NCBI GenBank assembly: GCA_024679065.1
Contig: JAGIQG010000005.1
Span: 50,716,001-50,780,000, forward strand
Source of the DNA: Sphyrna mokarran
Lineage: Eukaryota
Direction of reading: 5' to 3'
Length of the DNA stretch: 64,000 nt
The notes beneath the pieces are model-generated. The model saw nothing but the letters and a program-made list of their open reading frames with translations. It made no database searches and was not told the origin of the DNA. The translations under genes and the position numbers were made by a program. The number at the start of each line of letters is the position of its first letter. Within the stretch, counting starts at the first letter, position 1. Shown here piece after piece: positions 1-13,419 of this stretch.

Positions 1-878
1 TGGATTTGTGGATAGCAATGAGGTCCATCAGAGCATACAGCAGGAGGGTTGGAGAGATGACAGATGGAATTTAATCCAGACAAATGTGAGATAATGCATT
101 TTGGAAGGTCAAATAAAGATAGGAAATATACAGTAAATGACATAACCCTTAAGAATATTGATAGGCAGATAGAATATTAATCTGAGTGTACAGATACATA
201 GGTCACTGAACGTGGCAACGCAGGTGGAGAAAGGAGTCAAGAAGGCATATGGCATGCTTGCCTTCATTGGCTAAGGCATTGAGTTTAAAAATTGGCCAGT
301 CATATTGCAGCCTTATAAAACAATATTTAGACCGACCTGAAATATAATATTAAATTCTGATTGCCACACTACCAGAAGGATGTGGAGGCTTTAGAGAGGC
401 TACAGAAAAGATTTACCAGGATATTGCATGGCAAGGCGAGTGTTAGTTATGAAGGGAGTTTGGAGAAACTTGGTTTGTCCTCGCTGAAACGACGGAGGTT
501 GAAAGGTGACCTGATAAAAGTCTACTAGATTATGAGGAGTATGGACGGAGTGGATAGTCAGAAGCTTTTTCCTAGGGAGGAAGAATCAATTATTAGGGGG
601 CATTGGTTCAAAGTACAAGGGGCAAAATTTAAAGGAGATGTACAAGGCAAATTTTTTACACAGAATTTGGTGGGTGTCTTGTAGTTGCTGCCAGGGGAGG
701 TCGTGAAAGCAGATATGACAGTGAGTTCTGTGGAGCATCTGGACAAATACATGAATAGGATGGGAATAGAGGGATGTGGTCCCTGAAAGGGTGGGGGATT
801 TTAGTTCAGTTGGGCCACATAGTGCAGGCTTGGAGTGCCACAGAGCCTGTTCCTGTGCTGTAATTTTCTTTGCTCTTT
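1..878 (+). mobile_element. CR1 LINE 3' fragment (ORF2 C-terminus + 3' tail), decayed
   Basis: Translates with stops to QMEFNPDKCEIMHFGRSNK...GMLAFIG...PHYQKDVEALER...RRLKGDLIKV; ends in CCTGTTCCTGTGCTGTAA-TTTTCTTTGCTCTTTG CR1-type tail. Confidence 0.9.
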
Positions 879-880
879 GT

Positions 881-1790
881 GCTCATGGTGCCACATGCTA
901 GTTTACAGAAATAGGAAAACAGGGTAGAGAAATAGCTCAATAGTTGGTGCAAGAGCAAAAGTTTTAGATTCCTGTAATACTGGGACTGTTTCTGGGAAAG
1001 ATGGGACTTGTCTAAGAGGGACAGTCTGCATCTGAACCACATTGAGGCCAACATCCTTGTGGGTAGCTTTGCTAGTGCTGTTGGGAGGAGTTTAAACTAG
1101 TTTGCCAGAGAAGGGACTCAACATTAGTAAAATAAAGACACAATCTACGTAACAAAGCATGTCAGAGTTAGTTCAGCTATGTTGAGTATCAAAGAAGTAA
1201 GGCAAGGTTTAATGCTAGAAGTGTAATAGATAAGACTGATGAGGGCATGGATTAACACATGGAATTGTGATATTGTTGCCGTCACAGACACGTGGCTGAG
1301 AAAGGGGTAGGACTGGCAACTCAACATTCCGGGGTATGGGATCTTTAGCCAAGACAGAGGAGGGTGTAAAAAGTGTGGTGGTGTTGCACTATTAAAGAGT
1401 CAATTATTGCAATACGGAGAGATGATATCTTGGAAGAGTCTTCAAACAGGGCTTTGTGGATAGAATTTAAGAATATAAAGAAGAAACTAAATTACTCGGA
1501 GTGTATTATAAGGCCCCCAAAGGATCAACAGCAAATTTAGGAGTAGATATATGGACAATTCACTGAAGTATATAAAAACAATAATTGGATAATTAAAACA
1601 TAGAATTTCAACTTCCCCAATATCAATTGAGATCATCATAGCGTAAAGGGTTGAGAGAACAGATCTGAGATGTATTTTAGTATCAATATGCGGAAGGGAT
1701 GTAGCAATGCTGGATCTGGTTCTGGGAACGAAGCTGGACAAGTGTTCGATGTGGCAGTGGGGGAACATTTTCAAGGTAGTGACCACAAGT
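881..1790 (+). mobile_element. CR1 LINE fragment (ORF1 esterase end + ORF2 endonuclease), decayed
   Basis: RDSLHLN-like ORF1 motif (~1018-1040), DIVAVTDTWL (~1270), GVYYRPP (~1500), FNFPNI and LDLVL endonuclease motifs, all broken by stops/frameshifts. Confidence 0.8.
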
Positions 1791-2939
1791 TTCTTACGGT
1801 TTACATTTGCAAGCCAAGGGCAAAATGTCAGCCGTGACTGGCAGAATCCAAGGCATAGCTCAATTGCTGAAGGCTTCGAGATAATGGTAGGCTTTCAGGA
1901 CTGCCAAGGACATCTCAGGCAACTGGGTATGGAAGGCAACATTAACACAGTTAGATGTAGGGGTATGCTTAGCAAATGAAGGAGTAATTGGGACACAGAA
2001 TAGACACAGATGAAGTTAGACGCCAGTAGTTAGGGTTTAAACAATGTGTTACAATCACAAGTCACATAACGAAAATCTTTTTGAAGCCTTTGACACCTTT
2101 CTGACTTTGACCCCTCTCCCACAGGAGAGGTTTTAGATGCCTTTATCCCATCTGAACATAGCTGTTCCCATAGACCCTTGAACCAATCACACTGACAATG
2201 ACAGACATCCTACTGTTAATCTGTAAACTCTTCACCTTGCCCATTTTCTCTGTTTGAAGCAGCAGAATAAAGAAGTGTGCCCCCAACTCTCACACAGATA
2301 TGAGCACAAGAATCAGTGTGCTGTCAGCAAACAGACAGGAGTCAGACATAAGCAGAATCAGAGGAACATCACAGATTTCCTCATTTTGTATCATCATCAC
2401 CCTCCTGCCTTGGCATGGGAGTCAAGTACATGGATAACCCAGTACCGTATCATGAACCCTTTCACAGGTTGGGGGGGGACCGGGTTGGGAGTGGCTCAGG
2501 AATGATGCTTTTGGGGTAGGATGTTGTGAAGCTACCAGACAACAAGCTGTCTTTTGGGAGAACCTGGAAGTAACAAAGTCGCTGCCCACGTACATCCTGG
2601 CTGCTGCCTTTCTTCCAGATTTTCCTCTGTCTCTCCCTCCTGGTCCTCCTCCAGGTAAATTGGAATCAAAGATTTGCAAGCAAAACTGGAATGGACAAAA
2701 GATTGCCTCTAAAGTGGGGGTTAGTTCAGATACATTCAAGATATATTTTCTTGATGGTGAAAAGTACAACAAACAATTCCAGAGTTTCCTGGATGATGAA
2801 AGTGGTAGTGATGAAACATTAAGAATGTGTGTATAATAGATGTCAATTTGAAAATGCAAGTCAAAACCATGATGAAAAGAGCATGATAAAAGACCAGCAA
2901 CTAACATAGGCACATAAGCATTTAAAGTAGGGATCAATT

Positions 2940-3575
2940 AAGGATCAGAAAGGGGATATGCAGATGGAGGCATGCAGAGGTACTAAATGAGTATTTCAGG
3001 TCTATTTACCAAGAAAGTCATTGTAGAAGCACTTACAACACTGGATGGGCTACAAAGTTAATAAAAAAGAGGTATTAAAAAAGCTAGTTGTACTTTAAAG
3101 TTGATGAGTGACCAGGATCAGATGGAGTGTATCCAAGGTTTGTGAAGGAAATAAGTTAGAAGGATGTAACAAAAGGATGTGCAAATGTTCTCTACCCTCC
3201 TGAGATACAGAGATGGTGCCAGAGGACTGGAGAATTGCAAATGTTACACCTTTGTTCAGAAAGATAAACCCAGCAACAACTCGCCAGTTGATTTAATCTT
3301 GGTGATGGGAAAACTTTTTGAAGTGATAACCTGGGAGAAAGTTCACAATGCTTGGTCAAATGAAATGTAATTAAGGACAGTTGATTTGTTCAAGGCAAAT
3401 CCTGTTCAACTAACTTTTGGGGGACTTTTGATGAGGTAAGAGACGGTTAATAAGGATGATACCTTTGGTATTGTATACAAAGACTTCTAATCAAATCAAA
3501 GAAAAAGGACCTGGGACTGAACTTAGCTGATTTGCTCTTGCAGATGGACTTCATTGGTGATGTAACCATTCTATG
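2940..3575 (+). mobile_element. Heavily decayed CR1 ORF2/RT fragment
   Basis: EVLNEYF (~2978), DWRIANVTPLF (~3226), GKSCSTN (~3394) RT-region motifs with internal deletions. Confidence 0.7.
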
Positions 3576-4579
3576 CGATCAAATGCACCATGAACCAAAA
3601 TTCCTGGATTGGCTAATTTTAGCAAAAGGCAGAGGTCAGTAAAAAGTTATAGAGTCCCAGTTTCAAGATACTTCTAGTTTTCTCCTACAATGAATGAAGA
3701 CAAGAATTTCAGCTCCAAGTCATTTTGTAGCTAAATAGGTTGTAAAATATGTATGTTGAGTTTGTCTTCTCAATGATGTTTAACTTATCTGTGTTGACCA
3801 TTTCAATTTTCTTTGCTGCTTTTTCTAAATGGTTCTTTATACCAATTCAGCGACATATCTTATACAATACAGACACAACCAAATGAATTCTGTAACATGT
3901 AGTCACTGAGAAATTTATGAACTTAGTTCATGATGTGCTGGAAATGAAGTTCAACGAGGAATAGTTATTTAAGATCATCAATAAAGTAAATTCGCTCAAA
4001 AAAAATTATTTATAGAAATAAATAAAAACTGTTACATCTGGTGCCAGTCAGGCACTTAAAAGCCCAGCACCGGGCTTTCCCCTAGGATGAAAGATCCTGG
4101 GAGTAGAAGTCATTCCAGCTGAGAAGCTGACAGCTTTTCTGGACTCAGGAACACCATCCGAGAGTTGATAGCAGCTGCTTCCAATACAACAACCACCTGA
4201 AGTCTCAAATTGAGGAGAAACCTAGACGTATTGCACAATAATGGGAAGGTGGTCACTGGAGAAGGAGAAGCAGGATCGACTGTAAAATATTGGGTTAGAT
4301 TTCAGTAGTTCCCTTGATCAGCCAATGAGTACTTTTAAACATGAAATGCTCCTGAGCAGCCTGCAAGCAAAAACACCAGGGTTGAGCAGCAGCAAGATGA
4401 GACCTTAAAGGACCTCAATTCATGGCAGGACAGGAAGGCCATCCACAGGCTTTCAGCTCTGGATTTAATTGGAATGTTAGCAGAAACATAGTGATGTCCA
4501 AACCTACCCATCCTGTCCAATGATCCATCACCAGACTTGCCATGATATTAAATTTTGCCCATTAACTCAATTTCACCCA

Positions 4580-4635
4580 TCACAGATGCTGCCAGATCTG
4601 CTCAGTGTTTCTAATATTTTCTATTTATGTTTTAC
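4580..4635 (+). repeat. Short elasmobranch interspersed repeat (Penelope-like element end relic)
   Basis: CACAGATGCTGCCAGATCTGCTCAGTGTTTCTAATATTTTCT; reverse-complement copies at ~5465, ~15780 and ~32475. Confidence 0.55.
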
Positions 4636-5021
4636 TTCTTTCACTTCACTCTCCTCCATCCTCAATGTGATAGAAGTTCTTAAATTTGTGAATAGTCTGG
4701 GCTCATTGGCCTACATTGGAGGATGGTTGGGAAAGTATTGCCAAATCTTAACCGGACAGTTAATTCTCATGTTTTCACTCCATCTGTTGAATTACAATGT
4801 GTAACCTCAAATGAAATGATAATTTTCACAGGTCATTGAATGTCCGTGGTGACTGTGACACATCCAGTGGATTTCTCCAGGTGTTTTCAATGCAAGTGCC
4901 AACCAAATGAGCCAGCTGGTTCCCAATGAGACTACAATCCTAACACTGAAATAAACTAATCAGAGGATTTCAATTGCCATTAAAGCACAAGCAGAATTAT
5001 GCTGAATTCAGAAGTTTGATT

Positions 5022-5312
5022 TTAAAATTATTTTATTAGTCACAAATAGGCTTACATTAGCAGTGCAATGAAGTTACTGTGAAAATTCCCAACAACAATT
5101 TGGATACGCTGAGAGATAATTTAGCATGGCCAATCCATCTAACTAGCACTTCTTTCAGACTGTGGGAGGAAACTGTAGCAGCCAGAGGAAATCCCCACAG
5201 CCATAAGGAGAACATGCAGACTCCACACAGGCAGTGACCCAAGGTGGGAATTGAACCCGCATCCCTGGTGCTGTGAATCAGCAGTGCTGAGCACTGTGCT
5301 ATCGTGCTGCCC
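5022..5312 (-). mobile_element. tRNA-derived V-SINE (HE1-related), tail type B
   Basis: Minus strand: GGGCAGCACGATAGCACAGTG (A box), GGGTTCAATTCCC (B box), V-domain GGATTGGCCATGCTAAATT, tail CACAGTAACTTCATTGCA...TGTAAGCCTATTTGTGACTAATAAA. Confidence 0.85.
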
Positions 5313-5464
5313 TAACAATCACTTGCTTGGAAAACAAACTAAACACACAGCGGCAAAGCTAGAAATCTTTCTAAATACCCAATAAAAGCATGGGGTAGGA
5401 AGATGGAATTTTAAATAATAATAGAAGGAAAGGTCCCAAAGCAAAAACTCGTTGAGAACAAGTG

Positions 5465-5530
5465 AAGCAAAAACAGAAAATGCTGGAAATCTCAGCAGTT
5501 CTGACAGCATCTGTGGAGAGAGAATAGAGT
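5465..5530 (-). repeat. Short Penelope-like end relic
   Basis: AAAACAGAAAATGCTGGAAATCTCAGCAGTTCTGACAGCATCTGTGGAGAGAGAA, same family as 4580, 15780, 32475. Confidence 0.6.
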
Positions 5531-6907
5531 TTTTGAATAAATTGGATCACTGCATTGTAACGCGAAAAGCCCTGCCCATCACCAAGATTGTGGAAAGGTA
5601 AGAGTTAAACCCAAATCTGTAGATGAGATGGAAAATATGATGGAGTATGTTAATGTTCCTGCAGATGCAAATTAATCTAAGCTGTCACATGGGAAGTGGC
5701 ATTTTGCTGTTTCCTACAGTATGTATATTTCCCAAAGGTTTTGTTTTTTTTAAGCTTTTAAATGGAACAGTATTTTCCCCCTGAAATAAATAGACATAAT
5801 TATCTCCATTTGTATTTCTAGAACACCCAGTCAAATTTAACAACTGTTGGCTTATTCAAAGTTGAGTGGGGAAGAGGGATGAAGGCTTCCTGTATAATTA
5901 AGAGTAAAACTGAGGTGATCAATTCATGTCCCAATTACAAAGAAACATTATTGTAATAAAAACCCAGATCTGGGGATAAATGAACAAAGTATTGTGATTA
6001 TTATAAATAAAATAAAACCATGCTCTCTCCTGAACCACTATGGATTTGATCAATTTCTATCATATTTTAAAAGTAAATGAAGACTTGCTGATATGAATTT
6101 GACAAAATAATGATATCAGATTTATCTTGGTGATCACATAGAATTGGTTTGTTTGGAAAATAACACTTCTTTCAAAATATCTCATAGTTTGCTCATTTTA
6201 AAGTCCTAAATTTTGTATAGATGAAATGCATCGACCATACTTTGCTCAATAAAACCCCATAAGCATATTTTACGTAGGACACATGCTTACAGGGCCTTTA
6301 ACAACCATCTGAACTACTACAGCTTGCAGACAGGGCTTGGTTTAAGATTTTATCTAAACAACAGTACTTCCAGCAATGTAATTCTCTATGCTATACAACA
6401 GAGAATTGATATAGCACGATGTAATTTATCCTTCAAGTTCAACAGTAATGCAAAGCAATTTCTGCTTCATGCTAATGCAAAAATGAACAGTGCACTACCA
6501 GATTGAGGTCCCAACCTAAACAAGGAGCAAGAAGGAAAGACTTCCAGAGAAAAGTATTTGACACTATGTAGTGTGTCAGTTCAACACTGTATCAAGTCCA
6601 CCTTAAAAAGGGCTTTAAGATCCATTGGATCCCAAACACATCTTAACCCCAGCTGTCATGAATTTAAATGTTTAGTGTCTCTTCCTTTATGGACTCTCGT
6701 ATACTTGGTTAGGAAATAAGATTGGGCCCTGACACTGGATTTATAATCCATTTACACTAGAACTTCAGTATCCCTGCAAAGCAAAACCATTTGATTTTGA
6801 TATCATAGATGGAGCACTGGATGAGCAGCCTTAGTCATTTCAAAATCATGGTAGATGGAAGAAAGCATCAGGCCTAAAACAGGCAAATGGGAAGAATCCT
6901 CAATCCA

Positions 6908-7560
6908 ACAACAACAAATTGAATCAATATTATACCTTTAGCAAAACAAAATGCCCCAGCAGCTACACAGGAACATTGTAACACAAAGATTAATACTGAC
7001 CCACATAAGGAGATATTAGAAAAAATAGCCAAAAGCATGGACAAAAGAATAAATTTTGAGGGACATCCTAAAAGAGGAAGAAGAGACAGAAGGATTTAGG
7101 AAAGAAACCCCAGGGCTTAGAGCCCAAACACAGCCACCAATGATGGAGTAATTAAACTCAGGATTGTCCAGAAGCCAGATTTAGGTGAGGTAAGTATTTC
7201 TGAGGATTGAGGGGCTCAAAGAGATTATGAAGGTAGAGAGGAGTGAGACTAAGGAAGGAACAAAGAACAAAGAACAAAACAGCACAGGAAATAGGCCCTT
7301 CAGCCCAACGAGCCCATGCCGCCACCCCAATGTTCCCACCTCTACCCGTGATCCCTATCTATGTTTATAGATCTATAGATTAAAAACCATTAAAAATCAA
7401 GGAGTTGAATGCAAGGATGAGAATTTTAAAGTCATGGCATTTCTTAACAGAAAGACCAATGTAGGTCAGTGTGCAGAGGGGTGATGTATGAAAATGAGTA
7501 TAGTGTGAGTTTAAGACACAGGCAGCAATGGTTTGGATGATTTACAAATGGTGAAAGGAT
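6908..7560 (-). mobile_element. L2-clade LINE 3' fragment, decayed
   Basis: Plus strand begins CAACAACAAC...ATATTATACCTTTAGC (reverse of an L2-type (GTT)n tail), followed by degenerate L2-like 3' sequence; interrupted by a CR1 tail. Confidence 0.55.
7258..7345 (-). mobile_element. CR1 3' tail inserted into L2
   Basis: GAACAAAGAACAAAGAACAAAACAGCACAGGAAATAGGCCCTTCAGCCC is the reverse complement of the CR1 tail with (TTCTTTG)n. Confidence 0.8.
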
Positions 7561-8274
7561 GTGGGGGAGAGTGGGACTGGAGTTCATTCACTTCCCACAG
7601 CCATTTAACATTGTGTTTTAAAGTAAGATTTCTGCCCATATCAGAAGGAAGTCCTGCCTTACAGAAGTCCTGCCAGCAACTCTCTAATACCAGTAGTGCC
7701 AGCCAGGATCATCGGCAATGATTGGGTCTACAGCCAATCCCACCATGACAAGGAGTTCAAGTCTGAGGGTCTTGCCAGCAGGTGAGGTGGTTAAGGGACT
7801 GGATTCAATAGTCCGGGAGGGAAGACTAAATGGGGGAGTGACTTTATTTAAGCATGGACCACAGAGACTTGCAAAGGAGTTCCTCACCATTGTCCGAAAC
7901 CAATCGCTGCAACTAAAACTGCCTGGTTTCTTGCATGGCATGTATCTTTCCTAGTGCAGATAAAATATTGGCAGCAATGGAATGAGGTCAGTAAGTAGCA
8001 TTAGTTCAAGTGGCCCAAGGTGCCCCCAGACCCCTGTAAAATTTCATACAGGCTGGGGGTGGTTGAAGAGAGACCCACCAGCAAGGTAGTGTAAAATCTA
8101 GATTATAAAAGCCTAGTTCCCACCATCAGCTGCAGTGGGACAATGGAACATTCTCCTTGTTGCATTTACGTGCTATAATTAACTATCTTATGATATTAAT
8201 AAGTTAACATAAGAGTATTATTTTCCTTTCTTTAGAGGAGATGCATTTGGAGAAATCTGTTGCAGATAGGAAGT

Positions 8275-8390
8275 CTAGAAGCTGGCTAGGACAGCACTTA
8301 CTGTCCATTGCTAATTGCCCTTGAGAAGGTGGCATTGTGCAGCATTCTCAAACTGCTGCAGACCATGCATTGTAGAAACACCTACATGTT
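8275..8390 (-). mobile_element. 3' end of second LINE family (CR1/L2 group, here 'family B')
   Basis: CTAATTGCCCTTGAGAAGGTGG...CTGCTGCAGACCATG matches the reverse complement of the copy at ~21480-21570. Confidence 0.6.
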
Positions 8391-9089
8391 GGTTGCAAAA
8401 ATTCTAAATGCCCTCAACTTTGTGACCAACTAGTTTCAGACTTGAATTTTCGGATGAAAAGGAAGTTTTGAAACTGATAATGCTCCCCACTCATTCAACA
8501 ATCATAACCAAATTATCTGTTTTTCTAGTTATTTTATCTTTGAATAAAATTGAACTACTTAACCTATTTTTGACCCAGAACTTTCATTTGCAACTAAACT
8601 TAAGTTGCTTGTTCAAATTTTTGCAAATAAGCAGAAATGGCCTCGTGTTTTTTGTATTTCATATTTGAAAAATGTCAAAAAACATCTATGGCTAAAACTT
8701 ATGTAAAGATTTTCTTATCAAATTGTTGAAAAATTGCATGTTTGCATATTTTTAAAATACAGAAAACACAATCTACTTCCATCTTTGCTATTTCAGTGTT
8801 TAAAGGGAGCCCTTAAATACTCACAATTATATCAAAATAGTTTTACTCTCTATTACCCAGATGATTCTGATTTTGCAATTTGGGGTTTGACTGACATGAG
8901 AAAATGTTGCTTCCTGCAATTAGAAATGTCAGTGTTTGTAAGGTCAAGACAGAAAATGGCTTGAATAATTACACACTTACCTCCATTTGAGTATTTTATG
9001 TATTTATTGGACTACATTAGGCAATGATATTTGGGGGTGCAGACCTTGAGGCATATAAACTAATAATTAAATTAAAAAAAGAAAATTAT

Positions 9090-9582
9090 TAAACTAGAAA
9101 CAGTGCAGAAAAGATTTACTTGGATGCTACCAGGACTTCATGGTTTGAGTATAAGGAGAGTCTGGATAAACTGGGATCTTTCTGGAGTGTAAGAGGCTTA
9201 GGGGTGATTTTATAGAGGTCTCTAAAATAATGAGGGGAACAGATCAGCTGAATTGACAATATCTTTTCCCAAAGGTAGGGGAGTCTAAAACTAAATTAGA
9301 AGAGCCAGAACGCGGATAAATGTGTGGTGGTCCATTTTGGCAGGACTAATGGGATGAAGGAGTATAACATCAAGGGTAGGATGTTGGCAGTGTTGAGGAG
9401 CAGAAGGATCTTGGGGTCCGGGGCTATAGGTCTCTTAAATCGGCCCCACAAATGGAGGATGTGGTCAAGAAGGCATATGGTGTACTGGCCTTCATTAATA
9501 GAGAGATTGAGTTTAGGAGTCGGGAGGTAACTTTATAAGACCCTTGTCAGATCTCACTTGGAGTACTGTGTGCAGTTCTGTT
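9090..9582 (+). mobile_element. Two CR1 ORF2 3' fragments in permuted order
   Basis: 9090-9293 = LETVQKRFTWMLPG...GDFIEV..IMRG; 9310-9582 = DKCVVVHFGRTN...LEYCVQF, which normally lies upstream of the first piece. Confidence 0.75.
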
Positions 9583-10039
9583 AAGTTATTACTGTATTTG
9601 CATTATGTAATGCATCAAAATCCAGTTTATTTCTCAGTTTTCCCATGGAAAATCATAGCTCTAGTGTTTGTTGTGATAAATCCATTGAATGTTACAAAGA
9701 AGGAAAGGTAGAAGCTTGGCTAGCAAACACTGATGGGCTAGGATTTTCAGGAAAAGTCGACAATCCACTTTAAGCACCACAGATTCTCTGTCAGCTTGCT
9801 CTCCAGTTACCATCATTATATCAGATAGCAATGAGTCTTCTGCAGACACACTTACATATTTTCCATTTCCACCATGTTTTAAATGCCAATAAAAACATTT
9901 GTTATTTATTCATGTGTTTCCATGTTTACTTACTAAATAAGAATAGGTTTCTCAATCTAAAAATTACAGGTCAGGAACACAACCCACCCATTTTACATGT
10001 TTTCTTATGGAAAAGTTATTTTTAGATAGATTTTCTTCA

Positions 10040-13000
10040 GTTTGCATGCCATTTGTTTGTGAATTGGCATAGGGATGAGAAAATTAGGGGATTAAACATG
10101 TGGCTACAAGAGCGGTGAGGAAAAGAAGCGTTCCATTTCATGGAGCACTGGCATCAATATTGGAAGAGGAGAGATCTGTACCATTGGGACAGTCTCCACC
10201 TGAATCAATCTGGGACCAGTGTCCTAGCAGAAAGGATAGAGTGGTCTCATGGACTTCAAACTAGCAAGTGGAGAAAGGGAAAGGAAAACTACAAGTATAA
10301 TAGTTAATAGGAAACAAAGCAGCAGATTAGCATGGGGGAGAAAGGGGTTCAACATGCTTAGTAAATTATGAAAAAAGTTAAAAGGAAGGAGAGCTCAGGA
10401 GAGGTGATGAAAATCTCCAGAACAAATAATAGGATAGAGAGTCTGGAAAGAGTTAAGAATCTAGCTTCAGAAACAGCAGATAAGGAAACAACAATGAGAG
10501 AGGACAGTCAATGCAGGACTGTGGGTGTTGTATTTGAATTCATGCAGTATATGAAATAAGGTAAATGAGTTTGTAGTGAGGATTGAAATTAGTAGACATA
10601 ATGTTATGGGCATCATAGAGATGTCGCTGCAAGGGGATAAGATCTGGGAGCTAAATGTCCAAGGACACACAGCCTATCGAAAAGACAGGCAGGCGGATAG
10701 AGAGGGCAGTTTGCCTTGTTAGTAAAAAATGAAATTAATTCAATAGCAAGAAGCGACATAAAATCAGAAGATGTAGAATCTGTGTGGATAGAGTTGAGGA
10801 ACTGCAAAGATAAAAAACATGATGGGAGTTATATTCAGGCTTCCAAGCAGTAGTCAGGATGTGGGGCACAAGATACACTGGGAGATTAAAAAAGACATGT
10901 AAGAAAGGCAAGGCTACAGTGATCATGGGGTCTTCAATATGCAAGTGGACTGGGAAATTCAGGTAGGTAGTGGATCCCAAGAAAAACCATTTATGAAATG
11001 TCTGAGAGATGGCTTTTTGGAGCAACTTGTTATAGATCCTGTAACAGATGGATCAGATTTAATGATGTGTAATGAGGTAGACTTGATAAGGAAGTTTAAG
11101 ATGAAGAAACCCGTAGGGAGCCGTGTCCATAATGTGATAGAATTCACCCTGCAGTTTGAGAGGGAGAAGCTGGAATCAGATATAATGATATTACAGTTGA
11201 CTGCAGGTAACTACAGAGACATGAAGGAGGAGCTGTCTATAATTGATTGGGAGAGAAGCCTAGCAGGAAAGATGGTGGAACAGCAATGGCAGGAATCTCT
11301 GAGAGTAATTCGGGAGACACAACAAAGTTTCATCCCAAGGAAGAAGAAACATACTAAGGGGAGAATGAGGCAACCATGGCTGATGAGGGAAGTCAGGAAC
11401 AACATAAAAGCAAAAGAAAAAGCATACAGTGTGACAAAGATTAGTAGAAAGCCATGGAAATGGAAAGCCTTTAAAAACCAGTGCAGGACAACTAAAAAAG
11501 AAATGAGGGGCGGAGATGAAATATGAGAGTAAGCTGGCCAGTAATATAAAATAAGATTGCAAGAATTTTTTAAAAAAATATATAAAGGGTAAGAGGGAGG
11601 CAAGAGTGGACATTGGACCACTGGTGAAGCAGTAATGGGGAACAAAGAAATGGAGGGGGAACAGAATACATAATTTATGTCAGTCTTCATGGTGGAAGAC
11701 AGCAGTAAACATTCAAAAGAGTCGGAGCAGAGGTGAGTATGGTGCTGGGAAAGCTGAAAACATCACATGGGCCAGATAAGCTACACCCCAGGCTTCTGAA
11801 GGAGATTGCTGAAGAGATAGCAGAGACATTAGTGGTGATCTTTCAGGAATCACTTGAGTCAGGGATGGCCCCTGATTTAAAGGGCATCTAGATGAATACA
11901 TGAATAGGATGGGAATGAAAGGTTATGGACTCTATAAGTGCATATGGTTTTAGTTTAGGCAGGCATCATGACTGGCATGGGCTTGGAATGCTGAAGGGCC
12001 TGTTCCTTTGCTGTACTGTTCTTTGTTCTTTCTTTGACTGGAAAATCATTAATGTAAGAAAGAAAGGAGGCCGAGGAGGGAAATTGCAAGCCAGTTAGCC
12101 TGACCTTGGTTGTTGGTAAGAATCTAGCGTCCATTATTAAAGATCAGATTTTGGAATACTTGGAAGTGCATTGTAAATTAGGATGAAGTCAGCGTGGTTT
12201 CATCAAGAAGGGATCATACCTGACAAATCTTTGAGGATGTAACAAGCAGGATAGACAAAGAAGAGCCATTGGATGTTATCCACTTGGATTTCCAAAAGGC
12301 CTTTGTTAAAATGGTGTATAGGAGGCTGCTGAGTGAGATAAGCATCCATGATAGTGGAACAAGTACTAGCACGGACAGAAGATTGACTGACTGGCAGAAG
12401 ACAGAAAGTGTGGATAAAGGTGTCCTTTACAGGGATGGCAGCCATTGACAGGTAAGGTCAATGCTGGGACCACAACTTTATACATCAGTGACCTAGATGA
12501 AAGAACTGAGGGCATCATAACTAATTTTGTAGATGATACAAAGAAAGATGGAGGGACAGATAGAATTGAGAAAGCCAAGAGGCTGCAGAAGGACTTTGAC
12601 AGGCTAGGAGAGTGGGCAAAGAAGTGGTAGATGGACTACAATTTGAGAGCGTGTGAGATTATGCACTTTGGTTGGAAATATAAAGACGTAGGCTATTTTC
12701 TAAATGGGAGGGAATTCATGAATCAGGACTTGGGAGTTCTAGTTCAGAATCCTCTTCAGGTTACCTTACAAGTTGGGGGGTTGGTAGTTAGGAAAGCAAA
12801 TGCCTTCAATTTGAGAGGATTAGAATTCAAAAGCATGGATGTAATACTGAGGCTTTATAAAGCTTTGATCGGATCACATGTGAGCAATTTTGAGCCTTGT
12901 ATCTAAGGAAGGATGTGCTATCCTTAGAGAGAGTCTAGAGGAGATTTATGAGAATGATGCCTGGAATGAAAAGCCCAACCTATGAGAAGCAGTTGAGATC

Positions 13001-13408
13001 TCTGGGTCTGTTACTCAATGGAATTTAGAAGGATGAGGGGGGATCTCATTGAAACTTACAAAATACTGAAAGGCCTGAATAGAGTGAATGTGAGGAAGAT
13101 TCTTCCATTAGTAGGAAAGACTAGGATCTAAAAACACAGCCTCAGAGTAAAGGGACAACCCTTTAGAACTGAGATGAGGAAGAATTTCTTCAGCCAGAGA
13201 ATGATGAATCTATGGAACTTATTGTCACAGAAGACTGTGGAAGCCAGATCATTGAGTATATTTAACACAGAGATAGATTCTTGATTGGTAAGGGGATTAA
13301 AGGTAATGGGGAAAAGGCAGAAGAATGGATTTGAGAAACTTGTAAATTATGCTGAATGGCAGAGCAGATTCAGTGGGCTGAAAGACTAATTCTGCTCCTA
13401 TTCTATGA
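10040..13408 (+). mobile_element. Long CR1 LINE (ORF1 end, ORF2 EN-RT, 3' tail), inactive
   Basis: DSLHLNQSG ORF1 motif (~10190); 195-aa ORF remnant 10939-11526 (FLEQLVIDP..HNVIEF..PWL); YISDLDE..FVDDTK RT motif (12480-12545); tail TCTGCTCCTATTCTATG at ~13390-13408; many stops. Confidence 0.9.
11872..12036 (+). mobile_element. CR1 3' fragment nested in the long CR1
   Basis: Complete tail (...GGGCCTGTTCCTTTGCTGTACTGTTCTTTGTTCTTT) interrupts the host between ESGMAP and DWKIINV. Confidence 0.85.
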
Positions 13409-13419
13409 TAGAATTTTTT

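Noticed and set aside
1957-2373. Possible solo LTR (TG...CA-bounded stretch with short internal repeats)
   Set aside because: No convincing target-site duplication or second copy; cannot be supported without a repeat library
10939-11526. 195-aa ORF as a host gene
   Set aside because: Fragment of decayed CR1 ORF2
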